IMG/VR virus record: IMGVR_UViG_3300010883_021048
Location: 9,744 to 73,743 of that record
Length of the DNA: 64,000 nucleotides
Source of the DNA: a virus
Direction: 5' to 3' (one strand)
Shown: piece by piece, positions 39,622-49,128 of the stretch
How the letters are laid out: each line of letters starts with the position of its first letter
How positions within the stretch are numbered: position 1 is the stretch's first letter
Translations under genes and position numbers: made by a program
The notes under the pieces: generated by a model
Databases searched by the model: none
What the model saw: the letters and a program-made list of their open reading frames with translations, nothing else
What the model was told of the DNA's origin: nothing

Positions 39622-40971
39622 TTAAAGAATACTAGATGCAATCGACGCGATATTAGATCTTTGTCCTTTTACTAGTTGTACGTGAGCAGACTCAGGCCGG
39701 TCTTTAAACTTATGAATAACAATAGATAGCCCGTTACTTAATCTGTCAATATAAGGCGTGTCTATCTGATCTGTATCCCCAAGTAGCACAATCTTTGAGT
39801 TCTTTCCAACACGAGTTATGATGGTCTTAAGTTCATGGATAGTTGCATTTTGTGCTTCATCAACGATTACATAAGCATCGTTAAAAGTTCTACCTCTGAT
39901 ATATGACAGCGGCGCGACTTCTAGTTCTCCACGTTCCATCATCATCTGAAAGTACGTGAAGTCTTTATCTCCCATCATACATCTAAAATTGTCCATTATG
40001 GGTGCCAGCCAAGGTGACATCTTTTCACCAACATCACCTGGTAAATATCCTAAGTCTCTACCCACAGGTTGTATCGATCGACTTATTACAATACGGTTAT
40101 ACCTTCCTTCTTGTAGTCCGTCTAGGCCAGCCATCAGCGCAACATAAGTTTTACCAGATCCAGCAAGTCCAGTTAGCGTAACTAACTCTATATCATCTCT
40201 TAATAGCGCTTCAACTGCAAATTTTTGCTCTTTATTTTTTGAACGAAAATTTGACATGGCCGATCCAGGCTCGTGCTTTAAAGCTGTTAACATTCCGGCT
40301 CTGTATATTGCTAATCCGGAGCTGCTAGAGTCTGGCACACTCAATATAACAAACTCATTTTCTTCTAGTCCTGCTATATCACCTTCGTACTCTAGCACTC
40401 CATCATCAAAGAAGATGTCCATTTCAGATTTCGTTATGTCTATATTTGCGCTACCTGAGTAATCTGCGTTATCATCCTCAAGATGATCTTTGTAGTAATC
40501 CTCAGAAGCGATTCCTAATGCATCGCACTTAACTCTTAGGTTAATGTCCTTGGTAACTACTATAAGAGGTCTCTGGTCATCACTGTTAACCTCTGACAGG
40601 CACGCTGCAAGTATCTTGTTGTCTGGTCTATCTATCTTAAGACCACTCGGAAGAGAATTAGCAGGCTCATCAATCTTTATTGTCACAGTTTGATCTTCTG
40701 CGTACTCAACAGGTACGTGCACTCCTTCATCTAATCTGCCATATTCACGAAGCTCATCTAAAAATCTGTTTACATATCTAGCTGCTTCACCGATAACTCC
40801 TGGTTTTTCTTTAAACTTATCTATCTCATCTATGACTTGAAGTGGCAAGATAATATCATTACCGTGGAAAGAATGTATAGACGCTTTGTCATACAATAAT
40901 ACACTGGTGTCTAGAACAAATCGCTTTCTATTACTACTCAAAATAAAATCTCCTTGAAAATATACTACCAT
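39622..40971 (-). CDS. phoH: PIN-PhoH (PhoH2-like) ATPase
   Basis: VLDTSVLL, DNKIL, TKDINLRVK (PIN); GLAGSGKT, LGYLPG, YIRGRT, DEAQN, GDTDQID. Likely start is the TTG at 40941 (GGAG RBS). Confidence 0.93.
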   Translation of the reverse strand: MVVYFQGDFILSSNRKRFVLDTSVLLYDKASIHSFHGNDIILPLQVIDEIDKFKEKPGVIGEAARYVNRFLDELREYGRLDEGVHVPVEYAEDQTVTIKIDEPANSLPSGLKIDRPDNKILAACLSEVNSDDQRPLIVVTKDINLRVKCDALGIASEDYYKDHLEDDNADYSGSANIDITKSEMDIFFDDGVLEYEGDIAGLEENEFVILSVPDSSSSGLAIYRAGMLTALKHEPGSAMSNFRSKNKEQKFAVEALLRDDIELVTLTGLAGSGKTYVALMAGLDGLQEGRYNRIVISRSIQPVGRDLGYLPGDVGEKMSPWLAPIMDNFRCMMGDKDFTYFQMMMERGELEVAPLSYIRGRTFNDAYVIVDEAQNATIHELKTIITRVGKNSKIVLLGDTDQIDTPYIDRLSNGLSIVIHKFKDRPESAHVQLVKGQRSNIASIASSIL

Positions 40972-40997
40972 CCGTTATAAAATAATCTCTATATGGG

Positions 40998-41321
40998 TTG
41001 GAGGTAAAGCCTGTGGGTAAAAAAATTAGTAAAAAAGATCCTTCGTTATTAAATCTAATAGAAGATGAACCAATTATAAAAAATGAAACGTGTTTTAATT
41101 TGCATAAGAGCCTGTTTACAACCTGTGAATACTCCGAATGCCGATATTGGCAAAACATGGGAGGGTCTAATCAGAACTGCGTTATTAACGCTGCGTCGCA
41201 AGGACCATTCACTCTTCAAGAAGTTGGTGACATATTCGATGTAACAAGAATGAGGATATGTCAAATAGAAAAAGCGGCTAAACAATTGTTGAAATTTTCT
41301 CTGGAAAAAGAAGATATGTGA
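40998..41321 (+). CDS. Small Cys-rich protein with sigma-70 region 4 HTH
   Basis: FTLQEVGDIFDVTRMRICQIEKAA; GGAGG precedes a GTG at 41013. Confidence 0.75.
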   Translation: MEVKPVGKKISKKDPSLLNLIEDEPIIKNETCFNLHKSLFTTCEYSECRYWQNMGGSNQNCVINAASQGPFTLQEVGDIFDVTRMRICQIEKAAKQLLKFSLEKEDM

Positions 41322-41358
41322 ACGTCTCATAATCAACTATAAGTATATACTTGAATAT

Positions 41359-41388
41359 AAAAAAAGAGAGGGGTTGCCCCCTCTCTTT
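41359..41388 (-). terminator. Rho-independent terminator
   Basis: AAAGAGAGGGG-GCAA-CCCCTCTCTTT followed by a T run, downstream of the Hc1-like gene. Confidence 0.85.
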
Positions 41389-41411
41389 AGTTTAGACAAA
41401 TGCAATTTTTT

Positions 41412-41609
41412 CTAGTCGTCAGCTTTTTGTGCCTCTAATGTAAGCTTTACAAGTCCACCAGCTGCGTTCTTGAGGTCTCTTAAACCTTTTCTTGCGCGTA
41501 CACCGGCTGACTTATTTCCATGAGCGTTCTTATGTACGTCAAGCTCAAGCTCTTCCACTAGAGACTTAAGAGCCTCCCAACTTTCTAAAATTTTTGTTGA
41601 ATCATTCAT
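41412..41609 (-). CDS. Histone H1-like (Hc1 family) DNA-binding protein
   Basis: GNKSAGVRARKGLRDLK signature. Confidence 0.8.
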   Translation of the reverse strand: MNDSTKILESWEALKSLVEELELDVHKNAHGNKSAGVRARKGLRDLKNAAGGLVKLTLEAQKADD

Positions 41610-41892
41610 TTCCTACTCCTTCGGGATATAAAATTTTGCTTTTATAGATATTATTTTCGTCTTCCCCAAGATCTTCCTGTGGGTCAACACACTTTTTAAT
41701 AGATAACATAGCGTCTCTATCTTCTAGTTCTAAAGCCAATAATCCTATTATAAGCTTAATTTGGTTTTGAGAAACACCGAACCTTAATATTTCTTGGGCA
41801 ATGTCTCTTGTTTTTTTCGAATCGTTTAACCAGTCAACGTCATCTTTTTCAACTGACTTGTTGGCATCTGTTGTATCATTGAGTAAATTCAC
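41602..41892 (-). CDS. Hypothetical protein
   Basis: 96-aa ORF with overlapping start/stop junctions. Confidence 0.6.
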   Translation of the reverse strand: MNLLNDTTDANKSVEKDDVDWLNDSKKTRDIAQEILRFGVSQNQIKLIIGLLALELEDRDAMLSIKKCVDPQEDLGEDENNIYKSKILYPEGVGNE

Positions 41893-42356
41893 TCTATAAC
41901 CTCACTTCTTGAAAAGGGTTCGATTTCAAACTTGCCTTTTCCTTTATACTTTAAAATTTTACCGGATTTTCTTCCGTCGTTAAATTCTTGTGATAAAACT
42001 ATAAAGTCCCCGATACATTCTTCTTGAATCATGAAGTTGATATGTTCATAGTCTGGTAGTTCTTTTTTATAGCTTTCCAAAATATCTCTTACAGATTCTT
42101 TTAGTTGTAATGCTATATCTTCCATCGTTAAACTTGAATTTGTTCCTTCAAAATTGTTTAGTATCTCTGAACGACAAACTTCAAGTATTCTATGAACCAC
42201 GCCACAATTGTTACATGTCACTAACTTCTCTATCGTTCTATTTTTTTCCTGTATGGAGAAAGCAATAAATTGATGGATAGGAGGATCAGTCCTGTTTTTC
42301 ATAGTTGGAAGAATACACCTACAGGTTATTAGATGTTTTATTCCGATACGATTCAT
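41889..42356 (-). CDS. Hypothetical Cys/His-rich (zinc-binding?) protein
   Basis: HLITCRC...CNNCGVVH...C. Confidence 0.6.
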   Translation of the reverse strand: MNRIGIKHLITCRCILPTMKNRTDPPIHQFIAFSIQEKNRTIEKLVTCNNCGVVHRILEVCRSEILNNFEGTNSSLTMEDIALQLKESVRDILESYKKELPDYEHINFMIQEECIGDFIVLSQEFNDGRKSGKILKYKGKGKFEIEPFSRSEVIE

Positions 42357-42358
42357 GT

Positions 42359-42574
42359 CTACATATCTTTTGTTGCGAGGATTGTATTGATGCTCCAGTT
42401 GACTGCTTCTGCTAAATCTCTATTTGTCTTTAAAGCTTGCTCTCTAGTTAACATTCCGTCGTTAACTAAGCCCGCTACAACTTCGCCAATCTTATCTGTA
42501 GATAGCTGTCGCGCTTCTGTAAACGCTTCCAGGACAACTGTCTTCGGTACTTTCTTTGTGGTCTTTCTAGTCAT
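42359..42574 (-). CDS. Hypothetical protein
   Basis: 71 aa with AGGAG RBS. Confidence 0.55.
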   Translation of the reverse strand: MTRKTTKKVPKTVVLEAFTEARQLSTDKIGEVVAGLVNDGMLTREQALKTNRDLAEAVNWSINTILATKDM

Positions 42575-42592
42575 TAGTATTCTCCTAAATGA

Positions 42593-42621
42593 ATTTTATA
42601 ACCTATCTGCTACATTGTAAA
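42593..42621 (-). promoter_or_regulatory. sigma70-like promoter TTTACA-N17-TAAAAT
   Basis: Near-consensus boxes upstream of 42574. Confidence 0.65.
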
Positions 42622-42633
42622 TGCTATTTAAGG

Positions 42634-43113
42634 TCATTTTGCATACGCATCTGCTAACCATGAAGATGCCCAAGAATCAGGCTTAACTACGCACTGATAT
42701 CCTTGTGATTTTACCCATGATGTTGCAGATGTAAATACTTGGGAAGATTTATACTTCTTATTAGGGTTGATATCGAGATGTACAAACATAAGTTCTCGAT
42801 TAAGAAATGTAGAGATCATGTTGGCCAATTGTAACGCTAGCTCTGCTTCCTTTAATAATCTAAGTTTCATATTAAGAAACAAAGATCGATTATTCTTTGA
42901 TCTAGCGAAAAAATATGTACCGCCTCTGCCGGGCTCATAAATCGCGACTACAATAGCAAATATACATTTGTCTTTTATAAAATGTGAATCACATCCAACG
43001 TGGACTTCTGATTGTAGCTTCTTATTTTTTACACGGTATAGAACTGTATCTAGGCAAAGCACATTTGAGCTAGCATCACACCACGTTAATGTGTCTAGCC
43101 TAATATTCTTCAT
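42634..43113 (-). CDS. RNase H-like YkuK (DUF458) family protein
   Basis: VHVGCDS, RLLKEAE, VHLDIN, KPDSWAS..AD. Confidence 0.85.
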   Translation of the reverse strand: MKNIRLDTLTWCDASSNVLCLDTVLYRVKNKKLQSEVHVGCDSHFIKDKCIFAIVVAIYEPGRGGTYFFARSKNNRSLFLNMKLRLLKEAELALQLANMISTFLNRELMFVHLDINPNKKYKSSQVFTSATSWVKSQGYQCVVKPDSWASSWLADAYAK

Positions 43114-44366
43114 GGCTCTAGTTCTAGTATAGCTTTGACATTATCTATGGACTTTCTATCTTGTTGCGCTCTTTTTATAGCTTTTTGCGCTTCAATTTGT
43201 GGTAGATATTCTACAGGATATTTTTCATCCATCTTAATAATACCTTGCTGCGCACATTTTGAAAAGTAAGTAAAAAATCCTGCAACCCTATCTTCTATAA
43301 GACCTTTCTCAGATTCGTCAAATTGTAAATGCAGCGATACATTCCTAGCTGACATTCTAGCTATTCTTTCAGACAAAATATCACGTACATCCGTAACTCT
43401 TTCTTTCTCTAGAAGATCTTGAAGTCTCATACGACTTCTTGTGGCTCTGAGTGATCCTTCATAATCTAGCATTATTCTAAGTGCACCATTTTTTGAGTCG
43501 TAAAAACAACTTTGTTCGCTATAATCATCTAACGCTATGCTACTTAATCTAATTCCTGTTTCATTAGACACTGGTACCACACCAGCTATAGAGCATACAT
43601 CCTTTATTTCATTTATAGAAAACAAAGAGTCTTCAAGAACAAAAGGTATAACATTCGTTTTTCCTTGCTGCCAGTTTACTAATAGTGTATTTGCAACATC
43701 ATCTGAAAACGAAGATGCAATTATAACCACTTTGCTCTTTGTGTTGTACGACGCTTCTAATATATGATGAATTTCGCTAACTTCCACGACAGCGCCGGCG
43801 ACAGGTATTATATGACAATCTTCTATATGCATCGTTGGAAAGTGGGGCTTAAAAAATTTGTCAATTTTGCATAATGTTCTAAACCCTTCGATCATTTCCG
43901 TGTAAGGTTTAAACTCTCCATATCCTAACTGCTTGGTGGATATACAACCTGTCGTACCGGCCTTGTACAGGGCCTCTAAAAGCACACCCATATTTTCCTG
44001 TAGGAACTCATCATTATTTCGCTTAAGCCCTCTGTGTAGCGTTTCTGAGCTTATCCTACTATGTACAGTTTCCAGTTTTGGACTTGTATCTGTAAGTGTT
44101 TGAAAGTAGAGAGGTAACGCAAACGGACATGTCTTGTTAATAGAGTTGATACTCGATATAAGAAGCTTATTAAGGGTTGGGGAACCTTCAAGCTCGCTAC
44201 TAAGAAATAGTCTGAATGAATCGTTCCATCCTAAACTATATATTTTAGTACTTGTTATTAGAGACTTTTCTCTGCTATCGACTCTTTTTTTGAAATCATG
44301 TATGTGGTTATATAGCTTTTTTTTTGAAGCGTCTAGCTGACAACCGATGATGATTTTATTTTGCAT
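43110..44366 (-). CDS. Highly diverged GroEL/chaperonin-like protein lacking the ATP-binding motif
   Basis: IHHILEA...VVIIASSFSDDVANTLLVN..G..NV, IKDVCSIAG and LSERIARMS resemble the GroEL apical/intermediate segments; no GDGTTT. Confidence 0.6.
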   Translation of the reverse strand: MQNKIIIGCQLDASKKKLYNHIHDFKKRVDSREKSLITSTKIYSLGWNDSFRLFLSSELEGSPTLNKLLISSINSINKTCPFALPLYFQTLTDTSPKLETVHSRISSETLHRGLKRNNDEFLQENMGVLLEALYKAGTTGCISTKQLGYGEFKPYTEMIEGFRTLCKIDKFFKPHFPTMHIEDCHIIPVAGAVVEVSEIHHILEASYNTKSKVVIIASSFSDDVANTLLVNWQQGKTNVIPFVLEDSLFSINEIKDVCSIAGVVPVSNETGIRLSSIALDDYSEQSCFYDSKNGALRIMLDYEGSLRATRSRMRLQDLLEKERVTDVRDILSERIARMSARNVSLHLQFDESEKGLIEDRVAGFFTYFSKCAQQGIIKMDEKYPVEYLPQIEAQKAIKRAQQDRKSIDNVKAILELEP

Positions 44367-44381
44367 ATTATACCGGTTCTG

Positions 44382-44666
44382 CTAGTGAACGCTAGGATCA
44401 TACTTCTTATTCTTATTTAACACTTCTTTTTTTGTTGCATTAAAAAGCTTAGATAGCGCTTGACCGAGCTCTTCTGCTTGCTCATTTAGCAATTTTGCAG
44501 TTGACTCAACCTCTTGTTGTTTTTCTTTCTTTTCTTGGATCTGTAAGGCTAATCTTACGAAAGCTATTACAGCGCTCCCACCTGCAAGAGATAGTCCCCA
44601 GGTGAGGCTTTGGAAAGATATTACTCCGGCGAACAATAAGAATAACTCTGGATAACCGACTTTCAT
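44382..44666 (-). CDS. Small membrane protein
   Basis: Two short hydrophobic segments plus a coiled coil; GGAG RBS. Confidence 0.6.
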   Translation of the reverse strand: MKVGYPELFLLFAGVISFQSLTWGLSLAGGSAVIAFVRLALQIQEKKEKQQEVESTAKLLNEQAEELGQALSKLFNATKKEVLNKNKKYDPSVH

Positions 44667-44675
44667 TTTGTCTCC

Positions 44676-46607
44676 TTAGCTGTCACGCCAGAGGTTGTTA
44701 CTAGCGTATACTAGAATCTCCTCAGCTGACTCAGCTGTATAACCATATTCGTCTATCAGCGTTTGTACCATAGAAGAATATTTTTGCTTTTGTTCATCGT
44801 CTCTAGTCTTTGACTTTGTAACGATTCTTGCTAAGTCTTTTACAGAAGTTATTAAATAGGTCTCGATGGCTTCTTTAAGTGGCTCGTATGAAGTGTAATC
44901 AACGATCTCACTTCTTCTCATTTTAGAAAACATGTATGCTGTTACATCTGCACGAAAGCCGTCTTTACCAGATCCACTAACACCGATTGTTGACTCTATA
45001 GATCTCATAAAGTTTTCATCAGGAGTCATTTCTTCGTTAGTAACCCTATCTTTCATCTTACCCTTAGTTGTATACGCTTCTGCATTATCAAGATAGTTCT
45101 CGAATATTGCTTGAGCTTGCTCTTCGTACGCCGTTATAAATGCCTTCGCGATTTCATTCTCTAGAATCTTAAGATATTCGTTTCTTACAACATTTCGAAT
45201 TAATTCAAGACATCTTTCTTGGAATTCTCTATCTACAATTTGATCCTTGACCTGTTTGATCAATGAGTCCATAATAGAGATAGGAGTAATATAAGCTTTG
45301 TCTGAGTCACTTAAAGCGTTATCAACAGCCTTCATTATAAATCTAGTTGATATACCATTCATGCCTTCTAGAGGAGCTTCATCCCTAAGATCCCTAATGT
45401 CTATTTTCTTAACTCGTCCCTTTTCAACAACTTCTTCGCCATTGTAGAGCTTGAGCTTTGTCAATAGATCACACTTTTGGCTTTCTTTGAGTCGACTTAA
45501 GATGGAGAACATCGAAGCAACCCTGATCGTGTGTGGTGCAATATGGGCTTTAAAGTTTGACCTAGACAATATCTTCTTGTAGATCTTAATCTCTTGTTCC
45601 AACTCTAACACGTAGGGTACATTAACCTTTACGACACGGTCAAGGATTGCTTCATTAGTGTGCTCGCTCTGAAAACGATTCCACTCTGATTCGTTACAAT
45701 GCGCTAAGATAACTCCATCGAAGTACAGCATGTCGTGCTTACCGGGTGACGGAACCCTCTTCTCCTGTGTCGCAGTAATTATTGTGTGGAGAAATTCAAT
45801 CTCATTCTTAAACACTTCTACGAGCTCTACAATACCTCTGTTACCAACGTTGAATGCACCGTTTAGGGATAACGCTCTAGGGTCATCTTCAGAGTATTTA
45901 TCAAGCTTAGAGATATCCTCAGAACCAATCAGTACTGAAACGTCTTGACTGTTCGCGTCCATCGGAGGAACTGATGCAACTCCTCTACGAGCTCTTTGAG
46001 AAAATGTTGTTTCAGATACCTTGAACTGCTCGTATTGTCCATCATAGTTTTCAAAGAGGAGATGTCGTGCAACTGGAGATAAGTCTCCTTCTATATGTAC
46101 ACCTAACATTTCGCCAAACTTATCTCTTAACGATCTAGGTAACAATTGCAACGGCTCACCACGCTGAGGATCTCCATCAAGGTGATAGTAGGGCTGACCA
46201 TCAAGAGACTTCTTAATGTGTTCAGTAAGCGCAGACTTTCCAGCCCCAACAGGACCCATTAGTAAAAGTACTTGTCGGCTTTCTTCACCCTTAAGAGCTG
46301 CAGAACGTAGGTATCGCATTAATTTAGCGATGACGTCCTCCATACCAAAAAACTCTTCCTGGAAATAGTCGTATGTTCTTACGTTATCCCCGTTAAAAAG
46401 CTTATGCTTACGTGGATCTGAATCTTCCATCCTTCCAACACCGAAGGACGTAATTGAATCGAATAGTCTTTTATGAGCATGATCAGCAATCTCTGGATCA
46501 TTTTCTACTAAAGCCAAGTATTCAAGGAACGTGCCCTTAAACTTCTTAGTCTTCTTTTGTTGTCTTTGCTCTTTTATTATATCTAAATAGTTGTTTTTCT
46601 TGGACAT
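44676..46607 (-). CDS. prkA: PrkA/YeaG AAA+ serine protein kinase family
   Basis: FFGMED, LLLMGPVGAGKS, DVSVLIGSEDI..L..YSEDDPRA, GNRGIVE.VEVFK, NEAILDR. Confidence 0.95.
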   Translation of the reverse strand: MSKKNNYLDIIKEQRQQKKTKKFKGTFLEYLALVENDPEIADHAHKRLFDSITSFGVGRMEDSDPRKHKLFNGDNVRTYDYFQEEFFGMEDVIAKLMRYLRSAALKGEESRQVLLLMGPVGAGKSALTEHIKKSLDGQPYYHLDGDPQRGEPLQLLPRSLRDKFGEMLGVHIEGDLSPVARHLLFENYDGQYEQFKVSETTFSQRARRGVASVPPMDANSQDVSVLIGSEDISKLDKYSEDDPRALSLNGAFNVGNRGIVELVEVFKNEIEFLHTIITATQEKRVPSPGKHDMLYFDGVILAHCNESEWNRFQSEHTNEAILDRVVKVNVPYVLELEQEIKIYKKILSRSNFKAHIAPHTIRVASMFSILSRLKESQKCDLLTKLKLYNGEEVVEKGRVKKIDIRDLRDEAPLEGMNGISTRFIMKAVDNALSDSDKAYITPISIMDSLIKQVKDQIVDREFQERCLELIRNVVRNEYLKILENEIAKAFITAYEEQAQAIFENYLDNAEAYTTKGKMKDRVTNEEMTPDENFMRSIESTIGVSGSGKDGFRADVTAYMFSKMRRSEIVDYTSYEPLKEAIETYLITSVKDLARIVTKSKTRDDEQKQKYSSMVQTLIDEYGYTAESAEEILVYASNNLWRDS

Positions 46608-46619
46608 TTTTTCCCCAAA

Positions 46620-47924
46620 TTAAATTTCAAACGGTTCATCTTCTATTATAGTGTCTAGTTTCACTACATCACCCCATAAAACACTTATGTGATGACATAC
46701 CGCATCGGCATAGTCTAGTTCAAGATCCCTACCATCATGCTCATGAATAAGACACAGTACATTCGATTCATCCACGTTATCAACCGCTATATAAGGAATA
46801 CTATTACCTCCGACCTGTTTGATTAGGTCTTCTCTAATATTTTTCCATCCTTTTTCATCTGACACGTCATCTACCTTGTACTCATCCTTGTGCAAAGAAT
46901 AACTAAACAGCTCTAATTCTTCGCAATCTTCTTGAGTTAAGTATTGTCTTATGAAGCTTTCGTCGTTTAAAGATTCTCTAGCTATGAAGCATTCTTCAAG
47001 ACCATGTCTTTCTTCAATTTTACGAAATAGGTGGAATCCTAAGTGATAGGGATTAATGGATCCAGGATGAGGTCTTACAACCTCATTATGTGTTTTAAGG
47101 AATGGGATATGCATCGATGAAGGAAGCTCGAGCTCATGCATTAATCTATAATGCCAATATGATGCCCACCCCTCATTCATTATCTTTGTCCTGATTTGAG
47201 GCATAAAGTAGTGTGCCTCCTCCTCGACAATAGATATTAACTCTCTCTGCCATTCCTCTAAATTAGGGCTATAATCTGCTATAAACGCTAGAATGTTTTC
47301 TTCTTCCTTTATAGGAACCCTATTTACATCCGGGAGCTGTGGTGCGTTATCGTGTAAGCCAGACTTTATTTCTTTGACAAGCTGCTCTCTCTGTTCTTTT
47401 TGAGGCATGTATCTGCTATATCTTCTAGGTATATTCATGGATAAAGCATGTGCTGAATCTAGTATTTTTTCAACAGCAGCTACGCCTATACTCGGATCCT
47501 CTATTAGCTTATCAACATAGCGCTTGGCGTTTCGCATTCTTAGTATAATGTTCTCTGGATGAGTATGCTGAAACGTTCTGTTATTCTTAAAGAAGTCAGA
47601 GTGTCCAATACAGTGCGCCATGATTAACACTTGTAGATACATAGGATTTTCTTCCATTAAGTAAGCTAAAGACGGATTACTGTTAATAATAAGCTCATAT
47701 GGAAGGCCCGTCTGGCCAGTGTTATACATTAAATGTTGACGTTCAAATGATTTCCCGAAACTCCAGTGGGCGTAGTGCGATGGCATACCATGATATGCCA
47801 TTGACCCGATCATCTCGAAGTAGTCGCACGTTTCGTAGGCCAACTCAAACCAGTCAAGTCCATGCTCTTTTGCCATACCACATAGTATGTCATCCCACTT
47901 TTTAATTTCTTCTAAAAATGTCAT
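46620..47924 (-). CDS. spoVR: SpoVR/YcgB family protein
   Basis: GMPSHYAHWSFGK, YELIINSNP, AHCIGHSDFFKNN, TKIMNEGWASYWH, NPYHLG. Confidence 0.95.
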   Translation of the reverse strand: MTFLEEIKKWDDILCGMAKEHGLDWFELAYETCDYFEMIGSMAYHGMPSHYAHWSFGKSFERQHLMYNTGQTGLPYELIINSNPSLAYLMEENPMYLQVLIMAHCIGHSDFFKNNRTFQHTHPENIILRMRNAKRYVDKLIEDPSIGVAAVEKILDSAHALSMNIPRRYSRYMPQKEQREQLVKEIKSGLHDNAPQLPDVNRVPIKEEENILAFIADYSPNLEEWQRELISIVEEEAHYFMPQIRTKIMNEGWASYWHYRLMHELELPSSMHIPFLKTHNEVVRPHPGSINPYHLGFHLFRKIEERHGLEECFIARESLNDESFIRQYLTQEDCEELELFSYSLHKDEYKVDDVSDEKGWKNIREDLIKQVGGNSIPYIAVDNVDESNVLCLIHEHDGRDLELDYADAVCHHISVLWGDVVKLDTIIEDEPFEI

Positions 47925-49090
47925 ACTTCACCCTTAAAAAAACTGTTAAATGCTCCCCAAATATCTTCTTTGCTAGCGATTGTAGCTGTCTTTAGTTTGT
48001 CGTTTGACATGTCGCTAAACAGCGCCCCTAAGCTAGAATCTCTAAGCCAAGCTAATCTTTCTTGTGACGGTTCAATTTCACAATAGCCATAGAATTGCAT
48101 CTTATGTAAAGACGCGTCAATGGCCTCTTTAACATTATCATTATCTGTTGGCCAGTTGTCTCCGTCAGAAGCGTGGAATGTGTATATGTTCCATGACGAA
48201 GGGTGATATCGTGAGTCTATAATATCATTGACCATCTTAATACCGGTTGAAGCTATAGTTCCACCAGAAGACCCTCTTTCAAAAAAGCTTTTTTCATCGA
48301 CTTCGTAAGCTTGCGATTCATAGGCAACAAACACAATATCAACTTTGTCGTACCTTGACCTTATAAAATGATAAAGCAAAAAGAAAAAGCTTCTTGATAA
48401 GAATTTTTTAGCAGTCCCCATAGATCCAGATATATCCATTAAGAAGAAGATTACTGCATTGGACGTCTTCTTTTCTGTCACGGCGTAGTGCTTATATCTT
48501 AGGTCTTTCTCTATATACGAAAATGATTCTTCTGAGTCTTCCGACCTCTTACCGGAAAACTCATCTTTTTTCATACGCTTTATTCTCTGTATCGCAGACT
48601 TTTTCTTGTCTAGTCGAGGACGTATACCTTTTGATCTATATCCTCTGCGCTTTATCTTCTTAGACAAAACTTGGGAATTCTTCTTCTTCTCAAAGTTAGG
48701 GAGCTTTAGATCTTTAAACAGGTACTCTGCAACCTGATCAAGTGTAAGCTCTACCTCATAAAATTCTTCGCCTGCTTCGTTTCCTGGCTTACCTGGTTTA
48801 CCTTGGCCTTTCTTTTTTTCTTTTTTGCCAATAGTCTGACCACGTTGCACATCATTATTCTCACCGGATCCAACAGAGTGTCTTCCATTATCTCCGTATA
48901 CAAACCTATATTCTTTAATTCCCCTAACGGGTATCTTAAACTTCTTCTTGCCACTTTCGCCAATTATTGATTCTTCTGCGACAATGTTATGAATACCTTC
49001 TTTAATTGCTTTTTCAATCTTTTTACGATGCCGCGCCCGATCACCTGCTGACCGGTCTGCTATCGTTTTATGTTTTTTGAATATAGACAT
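47921..49090 (-). CDS. yeaH: YeaH/YhbH (DUF444) vWA-like protein
   Basis: DRARH, IPVRGIKEYRF, DLRY, AVIFFLMDISGSM, SSGGT, WNIYTFHASDGDNW. Confidence 0.93.
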   Translation of the reverse strand: MSIFKKHKTIADRSAGDRARHRKKIEKAIKEGIHNIVAEESIIGESGKKKFKIPVRGIKEYRFVYGDNGRHSVGSGENNDVQRGQTIGKKEKKKGQGKPGKPGNEAGEEFYEVELTLDQVAEYLFKDLKLPNFEKKKNSQVLSKKIKRRGYRSKGIRPRLDKKKSAIQRIKRMKKDEFSGKRSEDSEESFSYIEKDLRYKHYAVTEKKTSNAVIFFLMDISGSMGTAKKFLSRSFFFLLYHFIRSRYDKVDIVFVAYESQAYEVDEKSFFERGSSGGTIASTGIKMVNDIIDSRYHPSSWNIYTFHASDGDNWPTDNDNVKEAIDASLHKMQFYGYCEIEPSQERLAWLRDSSLGALFSDMSNDKLKTATIASKEDIWGAFNSFFKGEV

Positions 49091-49128
49091 TCGTATCCTT
49101 GCTTATATAAGATATAACTATTCGGCCT

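Noticed and set aside
41055-41336. 93-aa - strand ORF downstream of an ATACTTA motif
   Set aside because: It fully overlaps the + strand sigma-4 HTH gene, which has a recognisable domain and RBS; its Phe-rich composition looks like antisense translation.
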